This document shows, piece after piece, positions 1-9,900 of a stretch of DNA of 64,000 bases. Made by a program: the position numbers and the translations under genes. This stretch comes from a virus, in UHGV virus genome UHGV-0219032, one strand, 5' to 3'. Each line of letters begins with the position of its first letter. Position 1 is the stretch's first letter. The notes under the pieces are model-generated. The model ran no database searches, was not told the origin of the DNA, and was given only the letters and a program-made list of their open reading frames with translations.

Positions 1-115
1 ATCATAAAATTCATTACCACATTCTGGGCAAATCCAATTTTCTTCATATGGTTCTATCCAGCCATCACCAGCACTAAAATTTTTAATCATACTTGAGCCA
101 CATTTTCTACATAAC
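1..115 (-). CDS. small zinc-ribbon protein, partial (runs off window start)
   Basis: RBS ggaggtg then ATG at 115 on minus strand. Translation MLCRKCGSS...WICPECGNEF has two CxxC pairs. Confidence 0.4.
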
Positions 116-143
116 ATATCTTTCACCTCCTTAATATATTATA

Positions 144-174
144 AGTATATAATAAATTTTATTATTTGTCAAGA
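144..174 (-). promoter_or_regulatory. sigma70-like promoter, early family AATTCTTGACAAAT
   Basis: Minus-strand TTGACA, 17-nt spacer, TATACT; followed by RBS and ATG of the partial zinc-ribbon gene. Confidence 0.45.
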
Positions 175-177
175 ATT

Positions 178-1308
178 TTATTTAATTAATTTTTCAAGAT
201 ATTCTAAAGATGTTTCTGTTGTATTAAATATTTTTAATAAATCTTTTGGTATATCTTTTAAATATTTATATGATAAATGTTCTTCGGTATTTAAACCAAT
301 AATACTTCCTTCTCTATTTTGATATCTCATACTCCTAATCATAAATGGTATATTTAAATAAATATATTGAGATTTAATATTATTTTTACTTAAATATGGG
401 TATAAATCATTATTAGCTGATATAGGGTCGATTGCATATAGATTTATTTTATTTTTATCAAAAGATGATTCATCAGCCCAAGAAACATAACCTTTTGGAC
501 TACAATATACAGCTATTGCATTTTTTCTATTTTTCTGCCAAAAATCATCATCAACAAATATGTGAGTGTTAATATCATTTGGGTCATCTTCTCTAATAAC
601 TCTTGTAGTATAAGATTTTACAGCATGAAATTTATCTGGGTATTGTTCAATTAATTTATTTATAAGTGTAGATTTACCACTTGCTGATTTTCCCATAATA
701 CATATTATACTACCATTAAAATCATTTTCTTTAATTTCAGAAAGATTATCCATAGTATCTAATAATTTACAATATAGTTCCCATGTTTTTGTTGCATCAC
801 ATAAAGCTGTGTGCATAGCATCATCTTCTTTTGACAAATTAAAATATTTAACCATATTTTCTAAACTAACATTTTTTGTAGTAATAATTCCAGCATCTGA
901 TAGGAATCTTGCTATTGTACAAGTATCTATATTTCTATAAGATACATATTTTTCCCATTCTTCTTTTCCTATATAGTGATGTATAAAACTTAAATCAAAT
1001 CCAACATTATGACCTATTACAGTAGGTTTTTGATTTTCACATAAAGCATATAATGTTTTAATAAAATGTATTACATGTTCAAAAGTATATTTGGCTTCAC
1101 TATCATGTTGAACTAAATCTATTTTATTTGTTTTTAATGCCCCTATGGAAACATTATATGTATCATATTTAAATTTAAACTCATTAAATGCTATTGGTTC
1201 TAATTTTCCTTTTTCACATAATAATATAGCTAATGTTAGCATTTGATTTCTTTGTGGTACTAATCCAGTTGTTTCACAGTCTATAACTAAATATTTATCT
1301 TTTTTCAT
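178..1308 (-). CDS. DnaQ-like DEDDh 3'-5' exonuclease fused to a guanylate-kinase-like (d)NMP kinase domain
   Basis: N-terminus has Exo I VIDCETTGL, Exo II HNVGFDLSF and Exo III HTALCDA. C-terminus has P-loop GKSASGKST and SYTTRVIREDDP...IFVDDDFW, resembling the guanylate kinase S-TTR-R/E-dY-F signature. Confidence 0.65.
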   Translation of the reverse strand: MKKDKYLVIDCETTGLVPQRNQMLTLAILLCEKGKLEPIAFNEFKFKYDTYNVSIGALKTNKIDLVQHDSEAKYTFEHVIHFIKTLYALCENQKPTVIGHNVGFDLSFIHHYIGKEEWEKYVSYRNIDTCTIARFLSDAGIITTKNVSLENMVKYFNLSKEDDAMHTALCDATKTWELYCKLLDTMDNLSEIKENDFNGSIICIMGKSASGKSTLINKLIEQYPDKFHAVKSYTTRVIREDDPNDINTHIFVDDDFWQKNRKNAIAVYCSPKGYVSWADESSFDKNKINLYAIDPISANNDLYPYLSKNNIKSQYIYLNIPFMIRSMRYQNREGSIIGLNTEEHLSYKYLKDIPKDLLKIFNTTETSLEYLEKLIK

Positions 1309-1486
1309 TATTTTCCTCCATTTTTGCTTCCATTAATTCTCTTCTTAATCTACTACCTCTTACAAGCCAAATATAAAGTGTTGCAAACCATATAGGTGGA
1401 AATAAACAACCCATAATAATACTATATTTTCTAGCCTTTTTATTTAATTCTATCTCATTTTCTAAAAATTGAATTTTATGATTCAT
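1295..1486 (-). CDS. small membrane protein
   Basis: 63 aa with a hydrophobic segment LFPPIWFATLYIWLV; overlaps the start of the downstream gene. Confidence 0.3.
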   Translation of the reverse strand: MNHKIQFLENEIELNKKARKYSIIMGCLFPPIWFATLYIWLVRGSRLRRELMEAKMEENNEKR

Positions 1487-1700
1487 TTTACCTCCTTTTT
1501 GACAGTTAATTTTATATTATATTTTTTAATATTTTTAATATATTTTTTATATAACAAATTGTCTATTGCATTAGGGTATCATTTAGGGGTAATATATACC
1601 CCTGTGAGTGCATAGGATTTTATCCTAACTATTTTATATGTCTTACCCTATACTTTATACATTTAAATATACCATACTCTTAAAAACGATTTTAGAGACT

Positions 1701-2549
1701 CTAGTAACTTGGTTCATTTTTTATAAAACTATTTAATTCTCTTCTATATAAATTTTTTAAACTTTTGATAATAATATCATCTTTATTTAAATTAAATTCT
1801 TTTATCATCATATCGGAAAGAATATCAGATAACTCTATTCTCTTTTTTAAATATGATACATAAGCATCATTGATATTATCATATTCTCCAAGATGATAAG
1901 CTATTTGTTTGTTTAAAATTGGGTCATAAAACCAAGTTCTAGCAACATATTTTCCTCCTCTGATAATAACACCAGTTTTTCCACTCGTATTTGTGTTATA
2001 ATGTGTTGCTATAAAATTATTTACTCTTTCTGGAATAAATAAACATGTCTCTGGACTATATATATTTTTATCTGATAATAAATCTTTATCAAGTACCCAA
2101 CCTAATCTATAATTTGATTTATTATAAAACCAATCTGCAAAATTTTGAAAATTATACCAATCTTCATATATAGTAACCTGTTTTCTTTGATACGACATAG
2201 ACCTAGTATTTTTATTTGGATTATGAACTCTTTTTATCATACTTGTCCAAAACCAATAACAATCTTTTTCTATTTTTGGTCTATTTCGAGATGTTCCAGT
2301 TTTATATTTTCCGTAACCTAAAAAACCAACACCACAAACACTTTTATGATTTCTATTTTTTATAGTTCCATTTTTAAAACTACTAATTGAAACTTCTAAA
2401 ACAACCTCATCTTCAAATTGAACAATAATACGATTTGCTTTATTTGATACTCCTATACATTTTACTGTATATCCCTCATTTGTAATTTTACTAATACCTA
2501 TATATTCATTCCTACTCTTAGCTCTCATAAGATACCTCTTTTTTATCAT
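1701..2549 (-). CDS. hypothetical protein, possibly a free-standing homing-endonuclease-like protein
   Basis: 282-aa ORF with no recognisable catalytic motif. Flanked by a highly structured 210-bp intergenic region. Confidence 0.3.
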   Translation of the reverse strand: MIKKRYLMRAKSRNEYIGISKITNEGYTVKCIGVSNKANRIIVQFEDEVVLEVSISSFKNGTIKNRNHKSVCGVGFLGYGKYKTGTSRNRPKIEKDCYWFWTSMIKRVHNPNKNTRSMSYQRKQVTIYEDWYNFQNFADWFYNKSNYRLGWVLDKDLLSDKNIYSPETCLFIPERVNNFIATHYNTNTSGKTGVIIRGGKYVARTWFYDPILNKQIAYHLGEYDNINDAYVSYLKKRIELSDILSDMMIKEFNLNKDDIIIKSLKNLYRRELNSFIKNEPSY

Positions 2550-3834
2550 CTCTTATTCTTTGAAAAACTGGAAATTGTAAACTATATTTTTTAGTTTTAG
2601 AATCCATACTTTCTTCTTTATATTTTATTTCAACTATTTTTCCAATATAATCATTTGCATTTTTTAAAAATAACTCTCTTTGAGAATCAGTATATCCACT
2701 ACCAACTCTAACTTTATTACCTTTATATTCAACTATAAATCCACCAAAATTATCTTTTAATTTTCCAATTTCATCTCCATAAAACCAATCGACTATTTTT
2801 AAATCAGAAAATTTAAATGTTTTAACTTTAATTAAACCATTATGCTTAGATTTTTTATATAAACAATCTTTATATAACATTAAGCCTTCCAAACCACATT
2901 CATCATATTGTCTTAATAATTCATTAATCATATTTGTATCGCTACCAATATAATCAACTTTAAGAACTCTCAAATGTTTTGTCATTTTATCATTAAATGA
3001 ATGTATAAAATTTATTCTTTCTGATATATATTTCATTGTAAAATTATCATTATCAAATTCATTAATTGGTATTATATCATAAATTATAAATAAAATATCT
3101 TCTTTTTCTGGAATATATGTTTCTGAATTTACTATTGATAATGTTTTTCTAAAATTATCATTATCAGATATATTTTCTTTATTATTCCTAATTAGTTCTC
3201 CATCTATAAAATATTTATCTCCAAATATACTTTTTATTTCTCTAATAATAGTATCAAAACCTATATGATATATACCACTTCTAGCAACTAATTTTCCATG
3301 ATAATATGATGCTCTAACACCATTTAATTTTTGTTGTAAAGCAAAGATTTCATCTTTTTGTAATGTTAAATTATCAAATGGTTTACCACCTTGTATTTCC
3401 CAAGTATAAATAAGTTTTTTATTTAAAGCCTTATTAATTCCTTCACCAGTAATTCCTAATTTTAAATTTTGTATTGATAAATTTTTAATAAAGTCAGATA
3501 TATCATTTCCATATTGTTCTTTTATTTCATTGATATAGTTTTGGATAGCTCTTATAGAATTATCAGTTCCGCTACAATTCATAATGAAAAATAAAAAATC
3601 ATTAAATTCATTAAATGCTCTTATTGTCTCAATAGTATTAAATTTTTTACTTAAAGATTTGCTACCTATATTAGTTTTTATTCTAGGGTCAAATTGAATA
3701 GATAAAATTACAGTTAAAATATTTAATACATCTTGATTTTGTGTATTATATATTTCTTTTATGTATTCAGATTTCAACTTACTACCTTTTAATTCTGATA
3801 AATGCTTAATTATCTGATAAACTTTTTGTATCAT
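2518..3834 (-). CDS. ATP-dependent DNA ligase
   Basis: Motif I-like KLNGVR (Asn in place of the usual Asp of KxDG), motif IV-like EGLMLYK, motif V LIKVK, and a C-terminal OB-like GGFIVEYKG. Confidence 0.7.
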   Translation of the reverse strand: MIQKVYQIIKHLSELKGSKLKSEYIKEIYNTQNQDVLNILTVILSIQFDPRIKTNIGSKSLSKKFNTIETIRAFNEFNDFLFFIMNCSGTDNSIRAIQNYINEIKEQYGNDISDFIKNLSIQNLKLGITGEGINKALNKKLIYTWEIQGGKPFDNLTLQKDEIFALQQKLNGVRASYYHGKLVARSGIYHIGFDTIIREIKSIFGDKYFIDGELIRNNKENISDNDNFRKTLSIVNSETYIPEKEDILFIIYDIIPINEFDNDNFTMKYISERINFIHSFNDKMTKHLRVLKVDYIGSDTNMINELLRQYDECGLEGLMLYKDCLYKKSKHNGLIKVKTFKFSDLKIVDWFYGDEIGKLKDNFGGFIVEYKGNKVRVGSGYTDSQRELFLKNANDYIGKIVEIKYKEESMDSKTKKYSLQFPVFQRIRDDKKEVSYES

Positions 3835-4687
3835 TTTCCACCTCTTTTATTCTATTTATTGCTATATCAAAATAATTTTCGTCAAGCTCTATTCCTATAA
3901 ATTTTCTTTTTAGTTTTTTACAAGCAACACCTGTTGTGCCACTACCCATAGTAAAATCTAAAACCAAATCTCCTTCTTTTGTATATGTTTTAATTAAATA
4001 TTCCATTAATTCTAATGGTTTTTGTGTTGGGTGTAAATTATTATTTTTTGAACCATTAATTTTTATAACAGATTTTGGGTTTCTATAACCATCATCTTCA
4101 TTTCTTACATGCTTAACTTTTCCATAATGACATTCATTTCTATCAATAATAGAATTTACACTTTTTCTTCTATCAACTTTTGCATATTTATCATAATGTC
4201 TATATGTTAAAAAATCCAACATTTCTTTTTTATTATAATTCATAATTTCATCTATCTCTATTACTTTATATCTTTGAGGATTATAATTTATTTTTCCGTC
4301 TGAAAAAACAACAATATTTTCATGATATTTTAAAGGATTACTTTTTGCACTCATAAAATTTGTTGCATATTGTTTTTCCCATATCCATTCATATTTAAAT
4401 TCTGAAATATTACTACATATTAATTGACTTGTAAAAGGTTGTGAACCAAATAAAATTATGGGTGTATTTTCTTTTCTTAATAATTTTAAACTATGCCACA
4501 TTTTATCAAATGGAATAATACTATCCCATTTACAAGCTGTTGTTCCATATGGTGGGTCTGTAATAATACAATCTATCTTTATATTGTTATCTATTAACAA
4601 ATCCATAACTTTAAGACAATCACCATTAAATAATCTTATGTCATTTTCCTCATAAAAATTTTTAATCATTATTATCACCCTCTTCAT
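3806..4687 (-). CDS. DNA methyltransferase, beta-class (N6-adenine or N4-cytosine)
   Basis: DPPY motif (ITDPPYG) lies N-terminal to the AdoMet motif FTMGSGTTG, a circularly permuted beta-class order. Confidence 0.75.
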   Translation of the reverse strand: MKRVIIMIKNFYEENDIRLFNGDCLKVMDLLIDNNIKIDCIITDPPYGTTACKWDSIIPFDKMWHSLKLLRKENTPIILFGSQPFTSQLICSNISEFKYEWIWEKQYATNFMSAKSNPLKYHENIVVFSDGKINYNPQRYKVIEIDEIMNYNKKEMLDFLTYRHYDKYAKVDRRKSVNSIIDRNECHYGKVKHVRNEDDGYRNPKSVIKINGSKNNNLHPTQKPLELMEYLIKTYTKEGDLVLDFTMGSGTTGVACKKLKRKFIGIELDENYFDIAINRIKEVENDTKSLSDN

Positions 4688-4832
4688 TAATTTTTATACC
4701 TTGCCAATTTGCACCACATTGACTGCATGATAATATAACAACTACACCATCTGTATCTTTATCCTAACCAAAATCTTCTGGTTTAAAATCATTTTGCCAA
4801 ATTAAAGCTCCGCCACAAAACCAACATTTCAT
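4662..4832 (-). pseudogene. zinc-ribbon ORF (paralog of the 1..115 protein) interrupted by an in-frame TAG
   Basis: Translates as MKCWFCGGALIWQNDFKPEDFG, then TAG, then DKDTDGVVVILSCSQCGANWQGIKINEEGDNND. The second CxxC lies after the TAG. Confidence 0.3.
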
Positions 4833-4868
4833 AATAAATCACCATGGAATAATTTAATTATATTTTTA

Positions 4869-5270
4869 TTATACATTTGATGTATCATTCATTTCCTCCA
4901 TTTCCTCTTTACTTAATGTTATTTTTTTGTTACATGGAATACCAAGTAGTCTACAAGTATGTTCATACTTTTCTCCATGTCCAGAATACCCATATTTTTT
5001 CTCTGCTATTATATGAGCTAGTTCATGCAAAATTACCTTAAAAAATAATTTTTTTAATTTAACTTTAGTTATTTTTTTATTAATTTCCATTATTTTAGCT
5101 GTTCCATTTTCATCAAATCCAGTTCTAGCTAAAAAATCAACATTTTCAACAATTTTAATATCAACTTTATCAACAATTTTTTTATCAATAATCATTAGTG
5201 ATATACTATCTATTGTTCTTAATACTAAATCAAAACTCAAATAATCTAAAGTTAAAATATCCATTTTCAT
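4869..5270 (-). CDS. SprT-like zinc metalloprotease domain protein
   Basis: HELAH (HExxH) followed by GHGEKYEHTCRLLG, an SprT-like arrangement. Confidence 0.45.
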   Translation of the reverse strand: MKMDILTLDYLSFDLVLRTIDSISLMIIDKKIVDKVDIKIVENVDFLARTGFDENGTAKIMEINKKITKVKLKKLFFKVILHELAHIIAEKKYGYSGHGEKYEHTCRLLGIPCNKKITLSKEEMEEMNDTSNV

Positions 5271-5628
5271 TCACCTCATAAACTTTATAAACATTACATA
5301 CTTTACAAAATTTATCAAATTCTCTTTTTGCATCTTCCAAAGTATAACCTATATTTTTCAAATTTTCTTCTAATGTTTTTTCTTGTTGATTTATAAAATT
5401 ATTATTTGTTAAATAATAATAATTCATTTTTATATCTTTCATTAATTTTTGTAGAAAAATACTTCTATCATATTGTCTTTCATCTCTACCACTTCTTCTT
5501 TTTATATTTTTTCCACCAGCATGTTTATGGCTACATACTGTTGATTTATTTTTATATGCTCCTTTTAAAGCTCCACGAATACATTTTTCATCTAAACAAA
5601 TTGATAATAATTCTTTATTTAATTGCAA
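5230..5628 (-). CDS. hypothetical protein with an N-terminal Cys/His cluster
   Basis: 132-aa ORF containing CLDEKC...CSHKH. Confidence 0.35.
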   Translation of the reverse strand: MQLNKELLSICLDEKCIRGALKGAYKNKSTVCSHKHAGGKNIKRRSGRDERQYDRSIFLQKLMKDIKMNYYYLTNNNFINQQEKTLEENLKNIGYTLEDAKREFDKFCKVCNVYKVYEVNENGYFNFRLFEF

Positions 5629-5651
5629 CTTAATCCCTCCTTTATTTTTTT

Positions 5652-5673
5652 AGAGGGATTTATAAATCCCTCT
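5652..5673. repeat. 22-bp perfect palindrome AGAGGGATTTATAAATCCCTCT
   Basis: Self-complementary sequence between two minus-strand genes. On the minus transcript it is followed by an A-run rather than a U-run. Confidence 0.5.
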
Positions 5674-5679
5674 ACATTA

Positions 5680-6045
5680 TTATAATACCATAAAATCCAT
5701 ATCTATGTCAAGAGAATTTTCATTAATTATTAATTTATCTTCATTAATATCCCATTTTTTTAATTCTAAATCTTGAACTTTTCCATCTTTAGCTTTAAAA
5801 TTTTGTAATACATCAAAATATTTTTCTGGAACTTTTAAAGTTGTTGGATTATTTCCTTTTTGAATATCCTTTTGTTTTGCCAACTCTACATTCCCTAAGA
5901 AAATTAACATTTTTTTCATAACATTTTTAATCTCATTATGTTTTTCTATTTTTCTTATTTTTTCCTTATGTTTTTCTTTTCTTTTTTGTTTTCTAATTAT
6001 TTCTTTTTCTGCTTTCTTTTTTAAATTTTTTTTAGATATTTTCAT
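5680..6045 (-). CDS. lysine-rich hypothetical protein
   Basis: 121-aa ORF with a highly basic N-terminus. Confidence 0.35.
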   Translation of the reverse strand: MKISKKNLKKKAEKEIIRKQKRKEKHKEKIRKIEKHNEIKNVMKKMLIFLGNVELAKQKDIQKGNNPTTLKVPEKYFDVLQNFKAKDGKVQDLELKKWDINEDKLIINENSLDIDMDFMVL

Positions 6046-6821
6046 TTTTTCCTCCTATATTTTTTAATCTATCTATTGAATATTCAAATTGCTTATCACT
6101 TAATTCTATTCCTATATATTGCATATTAATATTTATGCAAGAAACACCAGTAGTTCCTGTTCCATTAAAACAGTCTAGTATTAAGTCATTTTCTTTATAA
6201 TAGAAATCTAATAATTGATTGCATAAATCAGATGAATATGTAGCTTTGTTTAAATCACAAGAACCATCATTATTTTTAGCTTCAATAAAATTATAAACAT
6301 TTTCATAATTTGGTTGACCTGTTTTTCTATAACTTTTTATTTTTTTTATTTGTGTTGAAAGTTAAAAATTCATCTTTTCTAACAAATACATATATAAATT
6401 CAACAATTCTAGTTCTTTTATTTTTAGACATAGCATTTGGTGTAGCTGTTTTCTTTTTCCAAACTATTATATCTGCTAATGTATAATTTGTATCTGTAAT
6501 TATCTTGGAAACTGTTAATGGCATAGCTTCAGTATTTTCACTACCATATGACATATTCCATAATACACAAGTATCTTTTTTAAGTAATTTATCAAATCTT
6601 TTAAATATTTCACAACACCAAGATGTATATTCATCATTACTCATTCCATCATTATAGACATCATAACCTCTGTCATCTTGATTTGGTCTTATTATATTAT
6701 ATGGTGGAGATGTTAATACACCATCTATTTGAACATTATTTGCTATTAATAAATCCATTACTTCAATACAATCACCATTAAAAAATTTAATATTATTTTC
6801 TGAATAAAAATTATTAATCAT
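6036..6821 (-). pseudogene. beta-class DNA methyltransferase split by a +1 frameshift in a poly-A tract
   Basis: N-terminal part 6327..6821 (SPPY motif) is a paralog of the 3806..4687 N-terminus. The C-terminal part, in another frame from about 6036 to 6330, encodes DLILDCFNGTGTTG...IGIELSDKQF. The frames join across caaataaaaaaaataaaaag. Confidence 0.6.
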
Positions 6822-6880
6822 CTATTTCACCTCATTATTATTTTATGTGGAAGCTATTTTTTAATAACTTCCACATTTAT

Positions 6881-6910
6881 TATACTATCATATATTTATA
6901 TATTTGTCAA
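6881..6910 (-). promoter_or_regulatory. early-family promoter
   Basis: Minus-strand TTGACA, 17 nt, TAGTAT. A 7-bp-stem hairpin (6846-6874) sits in the 5' UTR. Confidence 0.45.
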
Positions 6911-6918
6911 TATATTTT

Positions 6919-9900
6919 TTAAAATTCTACTTTACTCATAGATTTTATATAAGTATCAAATATTCCAGTTCCACCTTGCCATTTACCATCTACTAATTGT
7001 TTTCTTTCTTTAGTAATTTTATCATTTACAACTATAATATCATTATCATCTAATCCATCTAATATATCCTCTCTTTTAATTTTATATGTTTCAATCTCTC
7101 CATTTCTCATATTAAAACCTTTAAGGAAATATTGACTAGGAAATGGGTGTTCCAATGATAATACAAATAGTGCATCAAAATCTAACCAATCCATCTTTTT
7201 TGATGTTCTACCACATATCATTAGTTCATTTTTCATTTTTTCAACATATTCAAAATCATCTTCTGGATTTAATATATTTATTTGTTCTTTAATTAAACTT
7301 ATTTTTTTATCTTTAGTTTTTTGAGTTACTTTTTCGCTATATTTACAAGATTTATCATTAAAAAATATTTCAATAATATTCAATAAATATTTCTGTTTAC
7401 CAAAATTTCTAAAAAAATCAATTTTAATTAATATTGATAAATCTTTTTGAGATAAAGATAATTTGTTTTCTTTAACAAATATTAATAAATCTAAGAATGT
7501 TCCAATATCATTTGGAATACATTTAAGAGCATTATCTGCATTTTTAGATACACCTTTTAATCCAGATAATCCTTCATATATAATATTTTTATCTTTATCA
7601 TAAGAATATTCTTGAGAAAAGTTACCAAATACAGGTGATTCAATCACTATATCTGTTTCCTCTTTAATATATGTATATATTGATTTTATTTTTTCTCTTT
7701 TACTTTTAAATGTATTTAATGATGCTGTTATAAATTCTTTTGGATAATAACATCTAAAATATGCACATAAAAATCCAGTAATAGTATATGGTCTTGCATG
7801 TGCAATATTGAAAGCATAGTTTTCAGCATCTCTCATTATTCTAGCTACATGATTTAAAACTTTATCTGTATTTTCTCGAGTTTCTCCATAATGTTCCATA
7901 AAATATTTTGGGAATCTTTCCCTTAATTCTACTACTAATTTTTCAGTTCCGCCTTTTTTAGAAATTGTTTTTCTCGCATAGTCAGATTCAGCATTGGAAT
8001 ATCCACTAAATTCAGTTAAGAAATTCATAATATCTTCTTGATATATTAAATATCCATTATTATATGCAAATCTCTTATTGACAATATCACTACCTGTATC
8101 ATTTATTTTTCCACTAAATAATCCCTCTCTAATAGAATCTCCACATGGTCTAATAACTCCCGATACCGCTGTTGCGATATCTAACTTTTTCATTTTATCA
8201 TTATTTTTCAAAGCTCTTTTTAAATGATTAAATGCTTGGTCTTTTTCAAATTGGAATATCATAGTTCCATGTTTAGAATTTAAAATATGATTCCAAACAT
8301 TCATATCTTCAAAGTCTATATCATCTGGAGATGGTCTTTTAATACCTAAATATTCACATACTCTATTTATTGCTCCTATATTAGCTAATCCGAGAGCATC
8401 TACCTTTACATAACCCAACTCATCTACCTCTCTCATATCTAATTGAGTTACCCTTCTTCTTCTATTTAATTGTTTATCAAATGATGTTATGATTCCTATT
8501 TCTTTTTCTATATCTAAATCAGATACTAACATTCCACCAGCATGTATTCCAATAGACTTAATAAATCCATCTAAATCATCTACTTTTGCAAAGAAATCAG
8601 CATATTCTTCATCATCTCTATATTCACTAATATTTGCTAATATCTTTTCAACTTCACTTATTTCCATACCATAACTTCTACCCATAGAACGAATAGCACC
8701 TTTTTCAAGGTCTTTACCAAATGTAATTATTTCAGAACAATTTAAACCATCTCTACCATAAAACCATTCTTTAGCTTCTTGTCTCCTATCACTTTCTATA
8801 TCTGTATCAACATCGGGTAAACTTATTTTTTCTGGATTCATAAATCTAAAGAATAATGTTCCAAATTTAATAGGGTCTATTTCTGTTATACCCATTAAAT
8901 ATGCAACTATTGAACCATTTACAGAACCTCTACCAAATCCTGGATATATACCATGTTCTCTTAATCCATTAACCCAATCTGCAATCATTAACATATATGA
9001 TGATGATTTAAGATTATGAATTACTTGAATTTCTTGTACAATTTTTTTAGCTATCTCATCAACACATTGATTGCTATATACTGATAATTTCTTTTCATTA
9101 AATTTTTTTATACAAATTTCTGACATTTTTTTCGTTGCATCTTTATATATATTAGGCATTTTAAATCCTTTTTCTATGGTATATTCTTCAGCCATATCAT
9201 ATATTATATTTGTATTTTCTAATGCTTCTTTTGCTATTTCTGGAGATATACCAATATTTAATAATGCTGTGTACATTTCAGAATAACTTTTTAATTCTAA
9301 ATCTAATCCATCTTCATAAGAGAATGGCATTTTTTCAGCCTTTTGTTTTTCTTTTCTTAATTCTCCAGACATTTTATTATGATAATGAACGTCATTTGTA
9401 GCTACTATTTTAAATCCATATTCTCTACTTAGTTCAATAATAAAATTATTATGTTCGATTTGCTCTGACATATTATGTGGTTGTATCTCTAAGAAAAATC
9501 TATCTTTATTTTGTAACCCCCATTCTAATAATCTTTGGAAAACATAACTATCCTTATTATTTTTTCTTAATGCTGTCGCTAAACATGCTGTTGATACCGC
9601 TACATTTTTACATTCAAATAATTCATCTATAAAAAATGTTGGTCTTTTATAAAAATGATTATCCTTATAAGCATTAGATATTAATTGATTTATTTCTTTT
9701 CTACCTTCATTATTTAATCCATAAACTAAAATATGATAGTTGTTTTTATCATCTTCATTAGCTCTAGTATATCCTTCAAAAGCATGAACATATTTAAATC
9801 CACCCTCTTCTATTTCTTTTTTCTTTTTATACCAACCTAAAGTTGCTCCATGTTCAGTTATTATAATACCATGTAATCCTTTTTCTTTTGCCACAGTAAT

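Noticed and set aside
4458-4655. Plus-strand ORFs embedded antisense within minus-strand genes (4458-4655, 5406-5633, 8489-8674, 9071-9401, 13080-13442, 21040-21348, 22055-22273, 27132-27353). Also minus-strand ORFs antisense in the plus arm (30826-31017, 31399-31686, 31852-32037, 34714-34962, 35161-35373, 41934-42387, 42741-43164, 46287-46514, 49125-49334, 50273-50755, 51130-51363, 52880-53062, 53956-54141, 54821-55003, 55616-56317, 56608-56805, 58475-58726, 59120-59326, 59974-60168, 61204-61446, 62056-62286)
   Set aside because: They have low-complexity, AT-codon-driven composition (F/I/L/Y/N-rich), no RBS, and complete overlap with well-supported genes on the opposite strand. They are typical spurious ORFs in AT-rich DNA.
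3806-6821. Restriction-modification system (two methyltransferases close together)
   Set aside because: No adjacent gene has restriction endonuclease features (neighbours are a ligase, zinc-ribbon, SprT-like and small basic proteins). The two MTases are paralogs, one is frameshifted, and orphan phage MTases are common.
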